Below, one piece after another: positions 9,594-19,124 of a stretch of DNA of 44,772 bases. The notes beneath the pieces are model-generated. The model was given only the letters and a program-made list of their open reading frames with translations, ran no database searches and had not been told where the DNA came from. The position numbers and the translations under genes were made by a program. The DNA is from a virus (taxonomy: Duplodnaviria; Caudoviricetes): the IMG/VR virus record IMGVR_UViG_3300038393_001064, positions 1 through 44,772 of that record. One strand, written 5' to 3'. Within the stretch, counting starts at the first letter, position 1; every line of letters begins with the position of its first letter.

Positions 9594-9952
9594 CGCTGCC
9601 AATCCCGACGCTCGACCCCGAGCACCGCAACCTTCAGTTCATCCTCGACCGCTTGGTGCAGTCGGGAGTAGATACGGGTGGGCGGCAGGTCAAGGTGCGG
9701 TTTGGGTCGGGGACGATTACGTGGCCCGGTGGTGCCGCAACGTCGAATCAGCTCACGGTCGCACACGGCATGGGCGGCACACCGACGAATGTGTATCTCA
9801 CGATGACCCAGCCAGCGAACTTCAACACGCTGTTCCGTGAGAGTGCGGCAGCAGATGCGACAAACATCTACGTAAGAGGTGTGGTTTCAGACCTCGTCAC
9901 CGCCCCGGCTGCGGCCTCCACACAGAAATTCCACTGGCTCGCGATCGGCTGA
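9590..9952 (+). CDS. Short tail fibre-like protein
   Basis: TVAHGMGGTP and FHWLAIG motifs typical of small fibre/lectin-like domains. Confidence 0.6.
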   Translation: MTLPIPTLDPEHRNLQFILDRLVQSGVDTGGRQVKVRFGSGTITWPGGAATSNQLTVAHGMGGTPTNVYLTMTQPANFNTLFRESAAADATNIYVRGVVSDLVTAPAAASTQKFHWLAIG

Positions 9953-9962
9953 GGAATCGCTT

Positions 9963-10580
9963 ATGGCTCAGTACAAGAACTTCTACGACGCTTGGGTCGC
10001 CAAACAGAGCCAGCCGACCCCTGCCCAGACAAGTTGGACGCCCCAGAACCTCCAGAACCTCACAAACGCTTACATCGGACAGGGGAACGCGCCGACGCAG
10101 CAGATGATCCAAGGCGGCTACGCGCCCCCGGCGCCGAAGTTCGACCCGATGGGCGACGTCTCTTACGCGGGCATCTCTTCGGCGCAGACGAACGCCGAGC
10201 AGCACGCAGGGACGGAGCATGACTACCAGTACGCGCGGGGCGAACAGCTCTACGGGATCGACCCGAGCGGAGCCGTCAACAACCTCAATCCGTACGCACA
10301 GGCCGCGATCCTAAAAAGGAACTACGACAACTCCGTGCGCGGCACCGACAACTCGTACGCGGCATCCGGCCAGCTGTACGCCGGGTCGCGCGTGAACGCT
10401 CAAGCCGCGAACGACTTCGGCTACGGGGCGTCGATGGATCAGTTGAAGCGCACGGCGTCGGACTTCTACCACGGCCAGGATCTGAACGTCCAGGGTGTCA
10501 AGGACCAGGGCCTGTTCACGCTCGCGCAGGCGCTCGGCCCTGCATTCGCCGCATTTCTCGCTCAGCAGAGAGGTAGCTGA
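9963..10580 (+). CDS. Probable internal virion/ejection protein 1
   Basis: GAGGA RBS before ATG 9963; Q/A/G/Y-rich; AASGQLYAGS motif. Confidence 0.55.
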   Translation: MAQYKNFYDAWVAKQSQPTPAQTSWTPQNLQNLTNAYIGQGNAPTQQMIQGGYAPPAPKFDPMGDVSYAGISSAQTNAEQHAGTEHDYQYARGEQLYGIDPSGAVNNLNPYAQAAILKRNYDNSVRGTDNSYAASGQLYAGSRVNAQAANDFGYGASMDQLKRTASDFYHGQDLNVQGVKDQGLFTLAQALGPAFAAFLAQQRGS

Positions 10581-10583
10581 CCT

Positions 10584-11843
10584 ATGGCGCATCCCACCTA
10601 CAGGCTCGGTCACTCCGGGCCGATCTACCGCATGCCCTCAGGGTCCTCTGCGCCGTACGCCACAGGCGGCAAGGCACAGCCGCGATCCCCGCACGGGCCG
10701 AAGCTGAAGCCGAAGAAGGTCAAGATCAAGTCCCACACCCGGACCGTCACGCCAAAGGTTCCTGCTGCTCCCGTCAACCCCGACCAGGCGCTGATCGACG
10801 CCGCCGTGCGCCTGCACTTCGGCCCGCAGGAGCAGGGGCTGCGCAACCAGCTTTCCCAGAACGCGATGTACTCGCAGGGCCTGCCCGGCTGGTACCAGCA
10901 GGCGACCGACGAGATCCGCCGCTTGCAGCAGGGGGCGAACGCAGGCGCCCAGCAGACGCTCGGGCAGATCACCGCCTACAACTCGCCGGCCACTCTGGCC
11001 AACCCGACCGACCAGCAGGCCGCCAACGCCCGCAACAACCTGAACGCTGCCTTCGCCGCGAAGTTCGGCGCCGATGCCAACTCCAACTCCGCCGCGCTGG
11101 ACCGCATCGCGGCGGCGATGGCGGTCCAGCAGGCGAATCAGGCGGGGCAGGCGCAGCTCCAGCGCATCGGCCTTTACGGGCAGCAGGGGCAACTCGGGCA
11201 GGAGAAGGCCGACTACGGGCAGACCTATGGCGCGAGCATCCAGCAGGCGCGCGACAAGGCTGCCGCCGACGCGCTCAAGACCGACCTCGCCGCCAAGGCG
11301 CTCGGCCTGAAGGTGGACACGCTCAACAAGGTCCAGATTCCGCTGGCGCAGTCGCTCGAGCAGAACCGCACGGCGGGTCAAAAGGTTGCGCGGACGAACG
11401 CCCGCGAGAAGCAGCGCCACGATCAGCAGATGGAGGCGCTCGGCACGCGCAACGCCGATATCTCAGACTGGAAAGCGCACCACCCGAACGCGGGCAAGAA
11501 GGGTGCCGGGTCGAACTCGACCTACTCCAAGTCAAAGATCCAGGGCTTCCGTCAGAACTGGGATTACGCCAAGGCGACCGCCCACCAGCTGAAGGAAAAG
11601 GGCACCTACACCGACAAGCAGGGCAAGGTCCAGAACATCTCAACGGACGTGGCGTACTCCGCCCTCCTGAACGCCACGAAGGACCCGGACATCGCCCGCG
11701 CAGCGGCGTATGTGGCGTTCCGCAAGCCGATTCCGGCCGACCTGCGTCATCGCCTCGCCGTCAAGGGCATCCACGTCGCAGACCCGAAGGTCGGACGCAC
11801 CCCCGGTGGCGGTCCCTACGGCACGGGCCACATGGAGAACTAG
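10584..11843 (+). CDS. Probable internal virion/ejection protein 2
   Basis: A/Q-rich helical protein; position. Confidence 0.55.
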   Translation: MAHPTYRLGHSGPIYRMPSGSSAPYATGGKAQPRSPHGPKLKPKKVKIKSHTRTVTPKVPAAPVNPDQALIDAAVRLHFGPQEQGLRNQLSQNAMYSQGLPGWYQQATDEIRRLQQGANAGAQQTLGQITAYNSPATLANPTDQQAANARNNLNAAFAAKFGADANSNSAALDRIAAAMAVQQANQAGQAQLQRIGLYGQQGQLGQEKADYGQTYGASIQQARDKAAADALKTDLAAKALGLKVDTLNKVQIPLAQSLEQNRTAGQKVARTNAREKQRHDQQMEALGTRNADISDWKAHHPNAGKKGAGSNSTYSKSKIQGFRQNWDYAKATAHQLKEKGTYTDKQGKVQNISTDVAYSALLNATKDPDIARAAAYVAFRKPIPADLRHRLAVKGIHVADPKVGRTPGGGPYGTGHMEN

Positions 11844-14800
11844 GTGGCGAAGCCCCGCGAGACGGGTGGCAACGTGCCCGCAGCGAAGCCGAAGAAGGTC
11901 CGCAAGGTCGTCGTAAAGGTTGCGCCAGAGGCAACACGTCCGGTCACTCCCACGCAACGCAAGGCGATAGACCGGGGCGTCGAGCAGGCGCGCAAGAACG
12001 TCTTCGCGCAGAAGGTCGCGACCAACGTCGCGCGCTCGCAGAAGGTGGACCGCCTCCAGCGCGAAGCGGCGGATCTCAACGCCGGCCGCAAGAAGGTCAC
12101 TCTCGCCGACCGCGATCACGGCCTCGCCGTTATGACGACGCTCGGGAAGAAGAAGTTCCCGATCCACCTGCGCGAGCGCAAGGTGATTGTCAAGAACGGG
12201 AAGCTCTACCTCCACACAGGGGCGATCCTCGGCCTCGGAGGCAGCGACCTTCCGCTCGCTGGCGCAAAGACGGGTACCTACAGCGCCTCGGCCGGCGTCG
12301 ATGCGGCCACGAAGAAGATCACCGCACCCGCAGTCAAGATCCTCAGCCTCACCGCCAAGCCGGGGCAGGCGATCGGCAAGCAAGTCGAGAAGGCGACGGG
12401 CAGCAAGGCGGCCGGGTTCGTGGGCAGCATCGCGCTCGACCCGACCACCTACCTGACCTTCGGCCGCAGCAAGGTCGCGACGACGCTCGCGCAGCGGGCG
12501 GGCGAGCGCGCCTACAAGGATGCGGTCAAGGCTGGCGCCGACCACGCCGCCGCTACAAAGGCCGCGACGAAGGTTGCCGACAAGGTTGAGCACACCGCAC
12601 CCCAGAACAAGGGCATCCAGGTCAAGGCGTTCGGTAAGTCAACCTCAGGGCGCACCACCGCCTATGTCTCGCGCAAGACCGGCCTCTCGAAGGCGGCCAC
12701 GAAGGTGCGCGAGTCGAAGGTTGTCCAAGGACTCGGCCAGGATCTGCGCCCCGACTTCCGGCCCAAGGGAGTCTCAGAAGCTGAGCACCAGGCCATAAGG
12801 GGTGCATCGCGTGAGGCTCGAGCGCAGACGACCCGTGGGCGGGTCGAGGCGATCTCGAAGGCCCAGGCGCTCAAGAAGGCGCTCAAGCCCGAGGAGCACG
12901 CCAAGGTCGTCAGCGCCATCGAGCGCGGCACGGTCTACAACCTGCCCGAGCACCTGCGCGCGCCCGCGCGCGAAGTGGAGCTCGCCTTCCGCAAGGCACG
13001 TAGGGCTGAGGTCAAGGCGGGGATCAAGGTCGGCAACCGCCGCCAATACTTCACGCACGCGATAGATGAACAGGCCGACGAGGGCGGCAAGAAGGTCACG
13101 CGCGGCGGAGGCAAGCGCGTCATCCGCCCCGTTTACGGCAAGGCACGTCAGCACGAAGGGACGATCGAGCAGATCAAGGCCAAGGGCGGCCCAGAGTTTT
13201 CGACCAACGTGCCGTCAGTCGTCGCCGGCCGCCTGTCGAAGTCGGCGGGGGACGTGGCGCAGGCGAAGATGAACCGCGCTCTTGCCGCAGCAGGCCGCAA
13301 GGTCAACTACGGCGAGAAGGTGGACCTGGCAGACGGCGAAGCCCTCTACAAGATCCACGGCTCCGACCTCCAGCACCTCAGCCGCTGGGAAGAGGAGCAT
13401 GTCGTCGCAGGGACGAAGAAGCCACCGAAGAAGGGCTCGGTCCAGTACGTCGTCCTGAACGAGAAGGCCGTGGACAACGCGGTCAAGTCGGTCAACCCCG
13501 GAGCCTCGCGCTCGTCTATCGGCAGGGGTTACGACAAGGTCCAGGGCGGCTTCAAGTTCGTTGCGACGGTGCCTAACCCCGGCTTCCACGCGCGCAACCT
13601 TTACGGCGATACCTTCAACGCCTACCTCGGCCAGTCCACTGCGGGCCTCGCGCGCAACCTCGGCCACTCGGCGCGCGGGTTGCGGGCGCTCGGGAAGCAG
13701 GAGGAGGCGGCACGGACGCTCGGGGCAAAGGTCAAGCCGACCGGCAAGGGCATCACGGTCCGAGGCAAGTACGGCGGCAAGGAGTTTCTGACCTACGACC
13801 AGTTGGCCAAGGAGGCGGTCAACTCGGGCGCTATCCGCTCGGGTTTCATCTCGCGCGAGATCCCGGAGCTTCTGCGCGACACGTCGAAGGCTGCCTCGAG
13901 CCGCGAGTTCGGCCGCCACCTGAAGAGGGTCGTACAGAACCGCGAAGACCTGATCCGTCTCGCCACCTACATCGGCGCTCGCAAGCGCGGGCTGACTGCG
14001 CGCGAGGCTTCCGACTGGGCAGCGCAGCACCACTTCGACTATGGCGACCTGACGGAATTCGAGCGCGGCACCCTGCGGCGGCTGCTGCCCTTCTACACCT
14101 TCTCCGCGCGCAACATCCCGCTCCAGGCCAAGAAGCTCCTCACCAACCCTGGCAAGTACGCGAACCTCGAGAAGATCCGCGAGGACCTGGCGGGGCAGGC
14201 AGGACTGCCGGATGACTGGCAGTCGCACATCCCTGAGTACCAACAGCGTGGCATCCCCTTCCCGGTCGTTGTCGGAGGCAAGGCGCTGCTCGTGTCGCCG
14301 TCGCTGCCGATCGCGGACCTGAACCAGCTGGCGCTGCCGCACGTCACGAGCGACGACTTCTCCTCCTCGCTGACCGAGCAAGGGAAGAAGTTCCTGTCGA
14401 TGCTGAACCCGGTCATCAAGGACCCGGTCGAGCTCTACGCGAACTACAACTCCTTCTTTCGGTCGCAGATCCAGAACCCGGAATCCCCGCTCGTCGCAGC
14501 ACCGTCCTATGTCTCGACGTGGCCCGCGTCGATCCGTAGGAAGTTCGGGATCGTGCCGGACTACGTAGACAAGCGGACCGGCAAGAAGACCTGGGGCTGG
14601 CCGGCGAAGCTCGACTACGTCGCCAAGGCAATCCCCGGTCCCACGAACGCGGTTCAGCAGCTTCTGTCGTCAACAAACCGTCGCGGACAGGGCGAGACGG
14701 GCAAGCTCGTCTCCTACTTCACGGGCCTCAAGCCCGACCCCTACGACCCGACGACGACCGCGATCAACAACGGCTACGCGTTGCTCGACAAGCTCAACCA

Positions 14801-15056
14801 GCACGCGGCGACGCTACGCCAGCGCGGGCAAGGCCTGCGCGACGGCAAGCACGCGACCGCTGAGTACAAGCGCGTCAACCAGCAGATCAAGGACATCACG
14901 GCGATGATCGACTCGTTGAAGCGCAAACGCGGCGACAAGATGCCGAAGCGCAAGGTCAAGCCCACGGGCAATCTCATCTCGGCGTCTTCGGGGCCGAGCG
15001 TGTCGGACATCTTGGGCCACGACGCTCCCACCCTCAACGACATCCTCGGCCCCTGA
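11844..15056 (+). CDS. Large ejection/DNA-transfer protein (1070 aa)
   Basis: ALDPTTYL, PGFHARN and FDYGDLTEFE..LRRLLPFYTF motifs typical of large podophage internal proteins. Confidence 0.7.
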   Translation: MAKPRETGGNVPAAKPKKVRKVVVKVAPEATRPVTPTQRKAIDRGVEQARKNVFAQKVATNVARSQKVDRLQREAADLNAGRKKVTLADRDHGLAVMTTLGKKKFPIHLRERKVIVKNGKLYLHTGAILGLGGSDLPLAGAKTGTYSASAGVDAATKKITAPAVKILSLTAKPGQAIGKQVEKATGSKAAGFVGSIALDPTTYLTFGRSKVATTLAQRAGERAYKDAVKAGADHAAATKAATKVADKVEHTAPQNKGIQVKAFGKSTSGRTTAYVSRKTGLSKAATKVRESKVVQGLGQDLRPDFRPKGVSEAEHQAIRGASREARAQTTRGRVEAISKAQALKKALKPEEHAKVVSAIERGTVYNLPEHLRAPAREVELAFRKARRAEVKAGIKVGNRRQYFTHAIDEQADEGGKKVTRGGGKRVIRPVYGKARQHEGTIEQIKAKGGPEFSTNVPSVVAGRLSKSAGDVAQAKMNRALAAAGRKVNYGEKVDLADGEALYKIHGSDLQHLSRWEEEHVVAGTKKPPKKGSVQYVVLNEKAVDNAVKSVNPGASRSSIGRGYDKVQGGFKFVATVPNPGFHARNLYGDTFNAYLGQSTAGLARNLGHSARGLRALGKQEEAARTLGAKVKPTGKGITVRGKYGGKEFLTYDQLAKEAVNSGAIRSGFISREIPELLRDTSKAASSREFGRHLKRVVQNREDLIRLATYIGARKRGLTAREASDWAAQHHFDYGDLTEFERGTLRRLLPFYTFSARNIPLQAKKLLTNPGKYANLEKIREDLAGQAGLPDDWQSHIPEYQQRGIPFPVVVGGKALLVSPSLPIADLNQLALPHVTSDDFSSSLTEQGKKFLSMLNPVIKDPVELYANYNSFFRSQIQNPESPLVAAPSYVSTWPASIRRKFGIVPDYVDKRTGKKTWGWPAKLDYVAKAIPGPTNAVQQLLSSTNRRGQGETGKLVSYFTGLKPDPYDPTTTAINNGYALLDKLNQHAATLRQRGQGLRDGKHATAEYKRVNQQIKDITAMIDSLKRKRGDKMPKRKVKPTGNLISASSGPSVSDILGHDAPTLNDILGP

Positions 15057-16078
15057 TGGCGAACTACAAGCGCATAGCCCGCAAGGACGCCCGCAGGTAC
15101 GGCCTCGACCCGAACATCTTCGCTCGTCAGATCAAGGCCGAGTCGGGCTACAACCCGAACGCCATCTCACCCGCTGGCGCACGCGGCATCGCTCAGTTCA
15201 TGCCCGGCACTGCGCGGGGGCTCGGGGTCAACCCGGACAATCCGACGCAGGCGCTCGACGCAGCAGCGAAGCTGATGGCCGACTACGTCAAGAAGTTCGG
15301 CTCCTACAAGAACGCCCTTGTCGCCTACAACGCCGGTCCTGGGCGCGTCGGTGGGAAGCTTCCGGCCGAGACTCAGAACTACATCGCGAAGATCCTCGGT
15401 GGCTCAAACCCGACGCAGCTATCCGCGCCAAAGCGCACGACCGCAGCGACAGCGACGAACGCGAGCTACCGCGCCCCGTCAGCCGACGCCAGGACCCAAA
15501 TTGCCCTCTCGCTGCTCGGCATGGGCAACCTAGCCGGGGGCTACGGGGGCGCTGATCCGCTGACGGATGCTCTCCTGTCCGCAGCACAGGCGCAAAACGG
15601 TGCCAATCGCGGCCAGGTGTCGCCAGGTGCTGCCAAGGATGGCCAGTCATACGGCAGCGCCGCGCCGATGTCGTCGGGGACTTACCCGCTCGGGAAGCGC
15701 GGCAAGGTGATCGGCACGCCGTACGCCGGCACGCACGCGAAGGCGTTCAACCAGGCGGGCGGGTCGGACAACTGGCAGTCGGAGAACGCCGTGGACATCC
15801 GCATCCCGGTTGGCACGCCCGTCTACGCGGAGGCTGACGGTGTCCTCGGCAACACCGGCTCGCTCGGGCAGGGCGGGCGCTTCGCCGGCCTACGCACCAA
15901 CCTGATTGGCAAGGGGCAGAGCTGGTACTACGCGCACCTGTCCAAGCTCGCGCCCGGAATCCGCGCGGGCGCGCACGTCAAGAAGGGCCAACTGCTCGGC
16001 TACTCCGGCTCGGCCAACGGGGTTCCGCATCTGCACTTCGCCGTACAGCACGGCGATCCGAGGAGGTATGTGAAGTGA
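15056..16078 (+). CDS. Virion peptidoglycan hydrolase: SLT lytic transglycosylase plus M23 peptidase
   Basis: AES, GIAQFMPGT, AYNAG, ETQNY (SLT); VDI, YAHL, GYSGS..PHLHF (M23). Confidence 0.92.
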   Translation: MANYKRIARKDARRYGLDPNIFARQIKAESGYNPNAISPAGARGIAQFMPGTARGLGVNPDNPTQALDAAAKLMADYVKKFGSYKNALVAYNAGPGRVGGKLPAETQNYIAKILGGSNPTQLSAPKRTTAATATNASYRAPSADARTQIALSLLGMGNLAGGYGGADPLTDALLSAAQAQNGANRGQVSPGAAKDGQSYGSAAPMSSGTYPLGKRGKVIGTPYAGTHAKAFNQAGGSDNWQSENAVDIRIPVGTPVYAEADGVLGNTGSLGQGGRFAGLRTNLIGKGQSWYYAHLSKLAPGIRAGAHVKKGQLLGYSGSANGVPHLHFAVQHGDPRRYVK

Positions 16079-16296
16079 AGCCGAAACGCGACTCAAATCG
16101 CAGCTACGGCAAGGGGTACGAGTACACGAACGTCTACTCGCCTTCACCTGGCCACATCATCCACATCGTCCACATCAACCCGTCCGCGCAGTACCAGACA
16201 ACGGGCCAGATCAAGACCTACGACTTTTCCAGTGGCGGCGGGAAGAAGATCAAGAAAATTCGCCGGTACGAAGGCAGCAACCTCGGTCGCTCATAA
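16075..16296 (+). CDS. Hypothetical protein
   Basis: GGAGG RBS; GTGA overlap. Confidence 0.55.
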   Translation: MKPKRDSNRSYGKGYEYTNVYSPSPGHIIHIVHINPSAQYQTTGQIKTYDFSSGGGKKIKKIRRYEGSNLGRS

Positions 16297-16310
16297 CTAA
16301 AGGGGTACAC

Positions 16311-16460
16311 ATGGCAATCACTCGCTCAGTCCTACTGATCGCTGTCGCGGTCATCTGCTTCATCGTCGCGTTCCTGATCGTCGTCGGGGCCGTCGATGGC
16401 AACGACGCCGCGTGGGGCTACGGCGGTCTGGCCGCGTTCGCGGGCGCCCATCTTCCCTAG
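16311..16460 (+). CDS. Small membrane protein (49 aa, MAITRSVLLIAVAV...)
   Basis: Not in the ORF track; AAGGGG RBS; two hydrophobic segments. Confidence 0.7.
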   Translation: MAITRSVLLIAVAVICFIVAFLIVVGAVDGNDAAWGYGGLAAFAGAHLP

Positions 16461-16472
16461 GGCGAACAAGGC

Positions 16473-16542
16473 GGCCCCGAGCGGCAGGACTACAACCCGC
16501 CGCCGGGGCCTGGCACCGGAAGGAACTAGGCCCCTCCCGATG
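16473..16542 (+). promoter_or_regulatory. Intergenic double-hairpin element
   Basis: GGCCCCG-A-GCGGC...GCCGC-CGGGGCC stem, then an imperfect CACCGGAAGG/CCTCCCGATG stem. Confidence 0.5.
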
Positions 16543-16589
16543 ATCTCCGACCCTAAACGTTCCGGGCGAACGCGACCCAGTATTTCGGC

Positions 16590-16931
16590 GTGATGCCGAA
16601 CGAGCGCTGGGACGATTTCGCGCTCAGCCGCGAGTTCGAGCACATCAACGATTTCATGCAAGCGACAGCGGCACTGCCGAATCAGATCGCGAAGCTGACA
16701 GCGGTTGTTGAGGAGAACTCCCGACGTCTCGACTCCCACCACAAATGGATCGAGGCGATGGACGTGCGCCATCAGAGCGAGGTCAAGGAAGTAAAGAACC
16801 TTTGCGAGCGCATCGGAGAGGAACTTCGCAACGACACGCGCGAGCGATCCCGCAACAGGCTGCAGCTCGTCATCGCGATCATCGGTGCCGCAGCGATCAT
16901 CGCGGCGGCCATCATCACGGCGCCGCATTGA
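16590..16931 (+). CDS. Coiled-coil protein with C-terminal TM helix (lysis region)
   Basis: LVIAIIGAAAIIAAAII tail. Confidence 0.65.
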   Translation: MMPNERWDDFALSREFEHINDFMQATAALPNQIAKLTAVVEENSRRLDSHHKWIEAMDVRHQSEVKEVKNLCERIGEELRNDTRERSRNRLQLVIAIIGAAAIIAAAIITAPH

Positions 16932-17125
16932 ACTCCGCGCATCTGCGTCGGCTCCACGGCTGGCTGACGTGGCTCTGGCTCGCCTCAGCCGTCCCGGTCC
17001 TTCTAACCGGGCTCAAGAACTCCGTACCCCTGCTCGTCTTCATCTCGATCTACGCAAACGTCGCCGGCCACTTCTCGAGCTGGCAGGCCGCTCGGGTCGA
17101 GGTCAAGTACGACGAAGACTCCTAA
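16928..17125 (+). CDS. Small membrane protein (MNSAHLRRLHGWLTWLW...)
   Basis: TTGA overlap; two hydrophobic segments. Confidence 0.6.
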   Translation: MNSAHLRRLHGWLTWLWLASAVPVLLTGLKNSVPLLVFISIYANVAGHFSSWQAARVEVKYDEDS

Positions 17126-17149
17126 CCCTCCCGCGCGGAAGGAGGCACG

Positions 17150-17437
17150 ATGCCGCTCTTCCCGCTGCTGCTGATCGCTGCCGCTTTCTGGGGCCAGACC
17201 CCGGCGTGCGGTCAGCCGACGATCAGCCGGGCCGAACTCCCGCCGCCTGTGGTTGGCCTCGCAGATCTGAGTGGCTGCGCAATCCTGATCGACCCCTCGC
17301 GCTTGCGCGGCGCCGGAATGGTCTGTATGGCCGTGCTCCACGAATACGGGCACGAACTCGGCCTCGGTCACTCGACCGACCCGAACAACGTCATGTACCC
17401 CGTCATCCACGCGCCCGTCTGGCCGTGCGCGTGGTGA
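17150..17437 (+). CDS. Secreted minimal matrixin-type (M10-like) metalloprotease
   Basis: HEYGHELGLGH plus Met-turn NVMYP; signal peptide; AAGGAGG RBS. Confidence 0.85.
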   Translation: MPLFPLLLIAAAFWGQTPACGQPTISRAELPPPVVGLADLSGCAILIDPSRLRGAGMVCMAVLHEYGHELGLGHSTDPNNVMYPVIHAPVWPCAW

Positions 17438-17456
17438 ACCCCTGAAGGAGGGACCC

Positions 17457-17693
17457 TTGAACACCAACCGGATCGTGGCGGTTGCCGCTGCGGTGATCTC
17501 GCTTGCGCTGGCCGTGCTGCCGGTCGTGGCGAACATGGACTGGACGTCCACCGCCGGGGTGATCGGCGGAATCATCGCCGTCCTCGGCATCGCGCAGAAG
17601 TGGCTGGAGGGCTGGCAGAAGCACGAGGCGCGCGGAGCGGTCGTCCTCGCCGTTCCCCCGCAGCCTGACCAGGGCGACGCCGGGAAGGTCTGA
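17457..17693 (+). CDS. Probable holin
   Basis: Two TM helices, 78 aa, directly upstream of the endolysin. Confidence 0.65.
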   Translation: MNTNRIVAVAAAVISLALAVLPVVANMDWTSTAGVIGGIIAVLGIAQKWLEGWQKHEARGAVVLAVPPQPDQGDAGKV

Positions 17694-17694
17694 G

Positions 17695-18186
17695 ATGGCC
17701 TGGCGCAGCTACAGCGGCCTCAACTACAAAGACCGCAAGAAGGCCCGCGAGCTCGGCCTAAAGGCTGCCCGGCTCGGCCTCGAGCGGGCACCGTCGCTCC
17801 ACTACACGCAGGGCGCGAAGCGCTGGGAAGGCATCGCCAAGAAGCTGAAGGCGTGGAAGGGCCAGTGCCCCGCCTACGCCGACTGCTCGGCGTTCGCGAC
17901 GTGGTGTCTCTGGAACGCGCTCGACCACTTCCACCTGAAGGACATCGTCAACGGGGCGGACTGGAAGGGTGGCTACACCGGGACGCAGCTCCAGCACGGC
18001 CGGGTCGTCAAGTACGGCAAGAAGCCGCTCGACCTCGTCCTCTACGGGCAGAAGGGCACGACCGGCGAACACGTAGCCGTCTACGTCGGCGGCGGCAAGG
18101 TGATCTCCCACGGCTCGGAGGGCGGGCCTTATCTGCTCAGGTGGGACTACCGGCCTGACGTCATTGAAGTGCGGAGGTTCATCTGA
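17695..18186 (+). CDS. NlpC/P60-family endolysin
   Basis: DCSAF (catalytic Cys), DLVLY, HVAVYVG, SHG. Confidence 0.88.
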   Translation: MAWRSYSGLNYKDRKKARELGLKAARLGLERAPSLHYTQGAKRWEGIAKKLKAWKGQCPAYADCSAFATWCLWNALDHFHLKDIVNGADWKGGYTGTQLQHGRVVKYGKKPLDLVLYGQKGTTGEHVAVYVGGGKVISHGSEGGPYLLRWDYRPDVIEVRRFI

Positions 18187-18284
18187 TGCGCGATCCACAC
18201 GTCGCCGACTTCGTGCTGGGGGTCTGCGTCGGGTTCACCCTTGGCGCCTGCCTGACGGCGATCCTGTGGGCCGCGTTCGACTAG
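18186..18284 (+). CDS. 32-aa single-TM peptide
   Basis: TGATG coupling; GGAGG RBS; hydrophobic. Confidence 0.5.
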   Translation: MRDPHVADFVLGVCVGFTLGACLTAILWAAFD

Positions 18285-18324
18285 TGCTGGCGTGGCTGCT
18301 GTTTCGCTCAGGACTGGTTCACGG

Positions 18325-18540
18325 ATGGCGCGTACCACAACCACTTTCGAGGCAAAGGTGCTGCGAGGGATGCGAGCCGAAGGCTTGCAGGTGCGACGAA
18401 TCCTGAGGGTCTATCCGCCCTATGACTTGGGCGACCCGATCGAGGTCCTGTTCATCTCGACCGACCGTCTTGCCGGGACCGTGTTCGTGGACACTCAGGG
18501 GAATGTCTCCCACGGCCCGTTCCCAGGCTTCGGAGTCTGA
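18325..18540 (+). CDS. Hypothetical protein
   Basis: AGGA RBS; coupled to the next gene. Confidence 0.5.
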   Translation: MARTTTTFEAKVLRGMRAEGLQVRRILRVYPPYDLGDPIEVLFISTDRLAGTVFVDTQGNVSHGPFPGFGV

Positions 18541-18899
18541 TGGCTTGGACGTGTCAGCGACAGGCGGGCGGAATCACCTGTAAGCACGTGAACCCGAACC
18601 GCAAGCGCAAGTGCGAGGCGTGTGGAAAGACGCGACCGCCGCGTCCACGGCCGGCGCACCTCGTCGCGCTGGATGAGGAATACGGCGCGTACATAGTGCG
18701 GACGGGTGGGGAGTTCTGCGCGCTCTGCGGAGCGTTGCCCCCAGAGGGCCGCAAGCTTCACCGCGACCACGACCATGCGACAGGCAGGGGCAGAGCCTTG
18801 CTGTGCTTCCGCTGCAACACGGCGCTGCCCAACCGGGTCACACCCGACTGGTTGCGAAAAGCGGCCGACTACATAGAACGATTCTCTGGCCTCGCCTAG
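18540..18899 (+). CDS. Endonuclease VII-like (His-Me finger) nuclease
   Basis: CALC...HRDHDHATG.GRALLCFRCN..L...AADYI. Confidence 0.88.
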   Translation: MAWTCQRQAGGITCKHVNPNRKRKCEACGKTRPPRPRPAHLVALDEEYGAYIVRTGGEFCALCGALPPEGRKLHRDHDHATGRGRALLCFRCNTALPNRVTPDWLRKAADYIERFSGLA

Positions 18900-18913
18900 T
18901 GCGGGGCCTTTGT
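18888..18913 (+). terminator. Intrinsic terminator ending the late/lysis transcript
   Basis: GGCCTCGC-CTAGT-GCGGGGCC then TTTGT, between convergent genes. Confidence 0.7.
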
Positions 18914-18917
18914 CGTT

Positions 18918-19097
18918 CTAGGCCCGGTTCTCGTTGCGCGCGAGCATCGCCACCAGCCCGCAGATGACGATCCCAGCGAACCACACGGGGTTCCCGATGC
19001 CATCGCCTGCATCGTGTGCTGCGACTACCTGCGCAGTGGAGAACACCCCGAGGAAAAACAGCGCCCAGCCGGTCACGTAGTTCGGCTTCCGGCTCAT
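18918..19097 (-). CDS. 59-aa two-TM protein (MSRKPNYVTGWALFFLGV...)
   Basis: Not in the ORF track; two clear hydrophobic helices; stop codon close to the terminator. Confidence 0.65.
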   Translation of the reverse strand: MSRKPNYVTGWALFFLGVFSTAQVVAAHDAGDGIGNPVWFAGIVICGLVAMLARNENRA

Positions 19098-19124
19098 ACC
19101 GCAACCGCCGTAACGCGAGTCAAC

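Noticed and set aside
11841-11846. In-frame TAG-GTG junction suggesting read-through to a ~1490-aa fusion
   Set aside because: A GGAG RBS sits just upstream of the GTG, so ordinary coupling suffices; TAG acts as a normal stop elsewhere.
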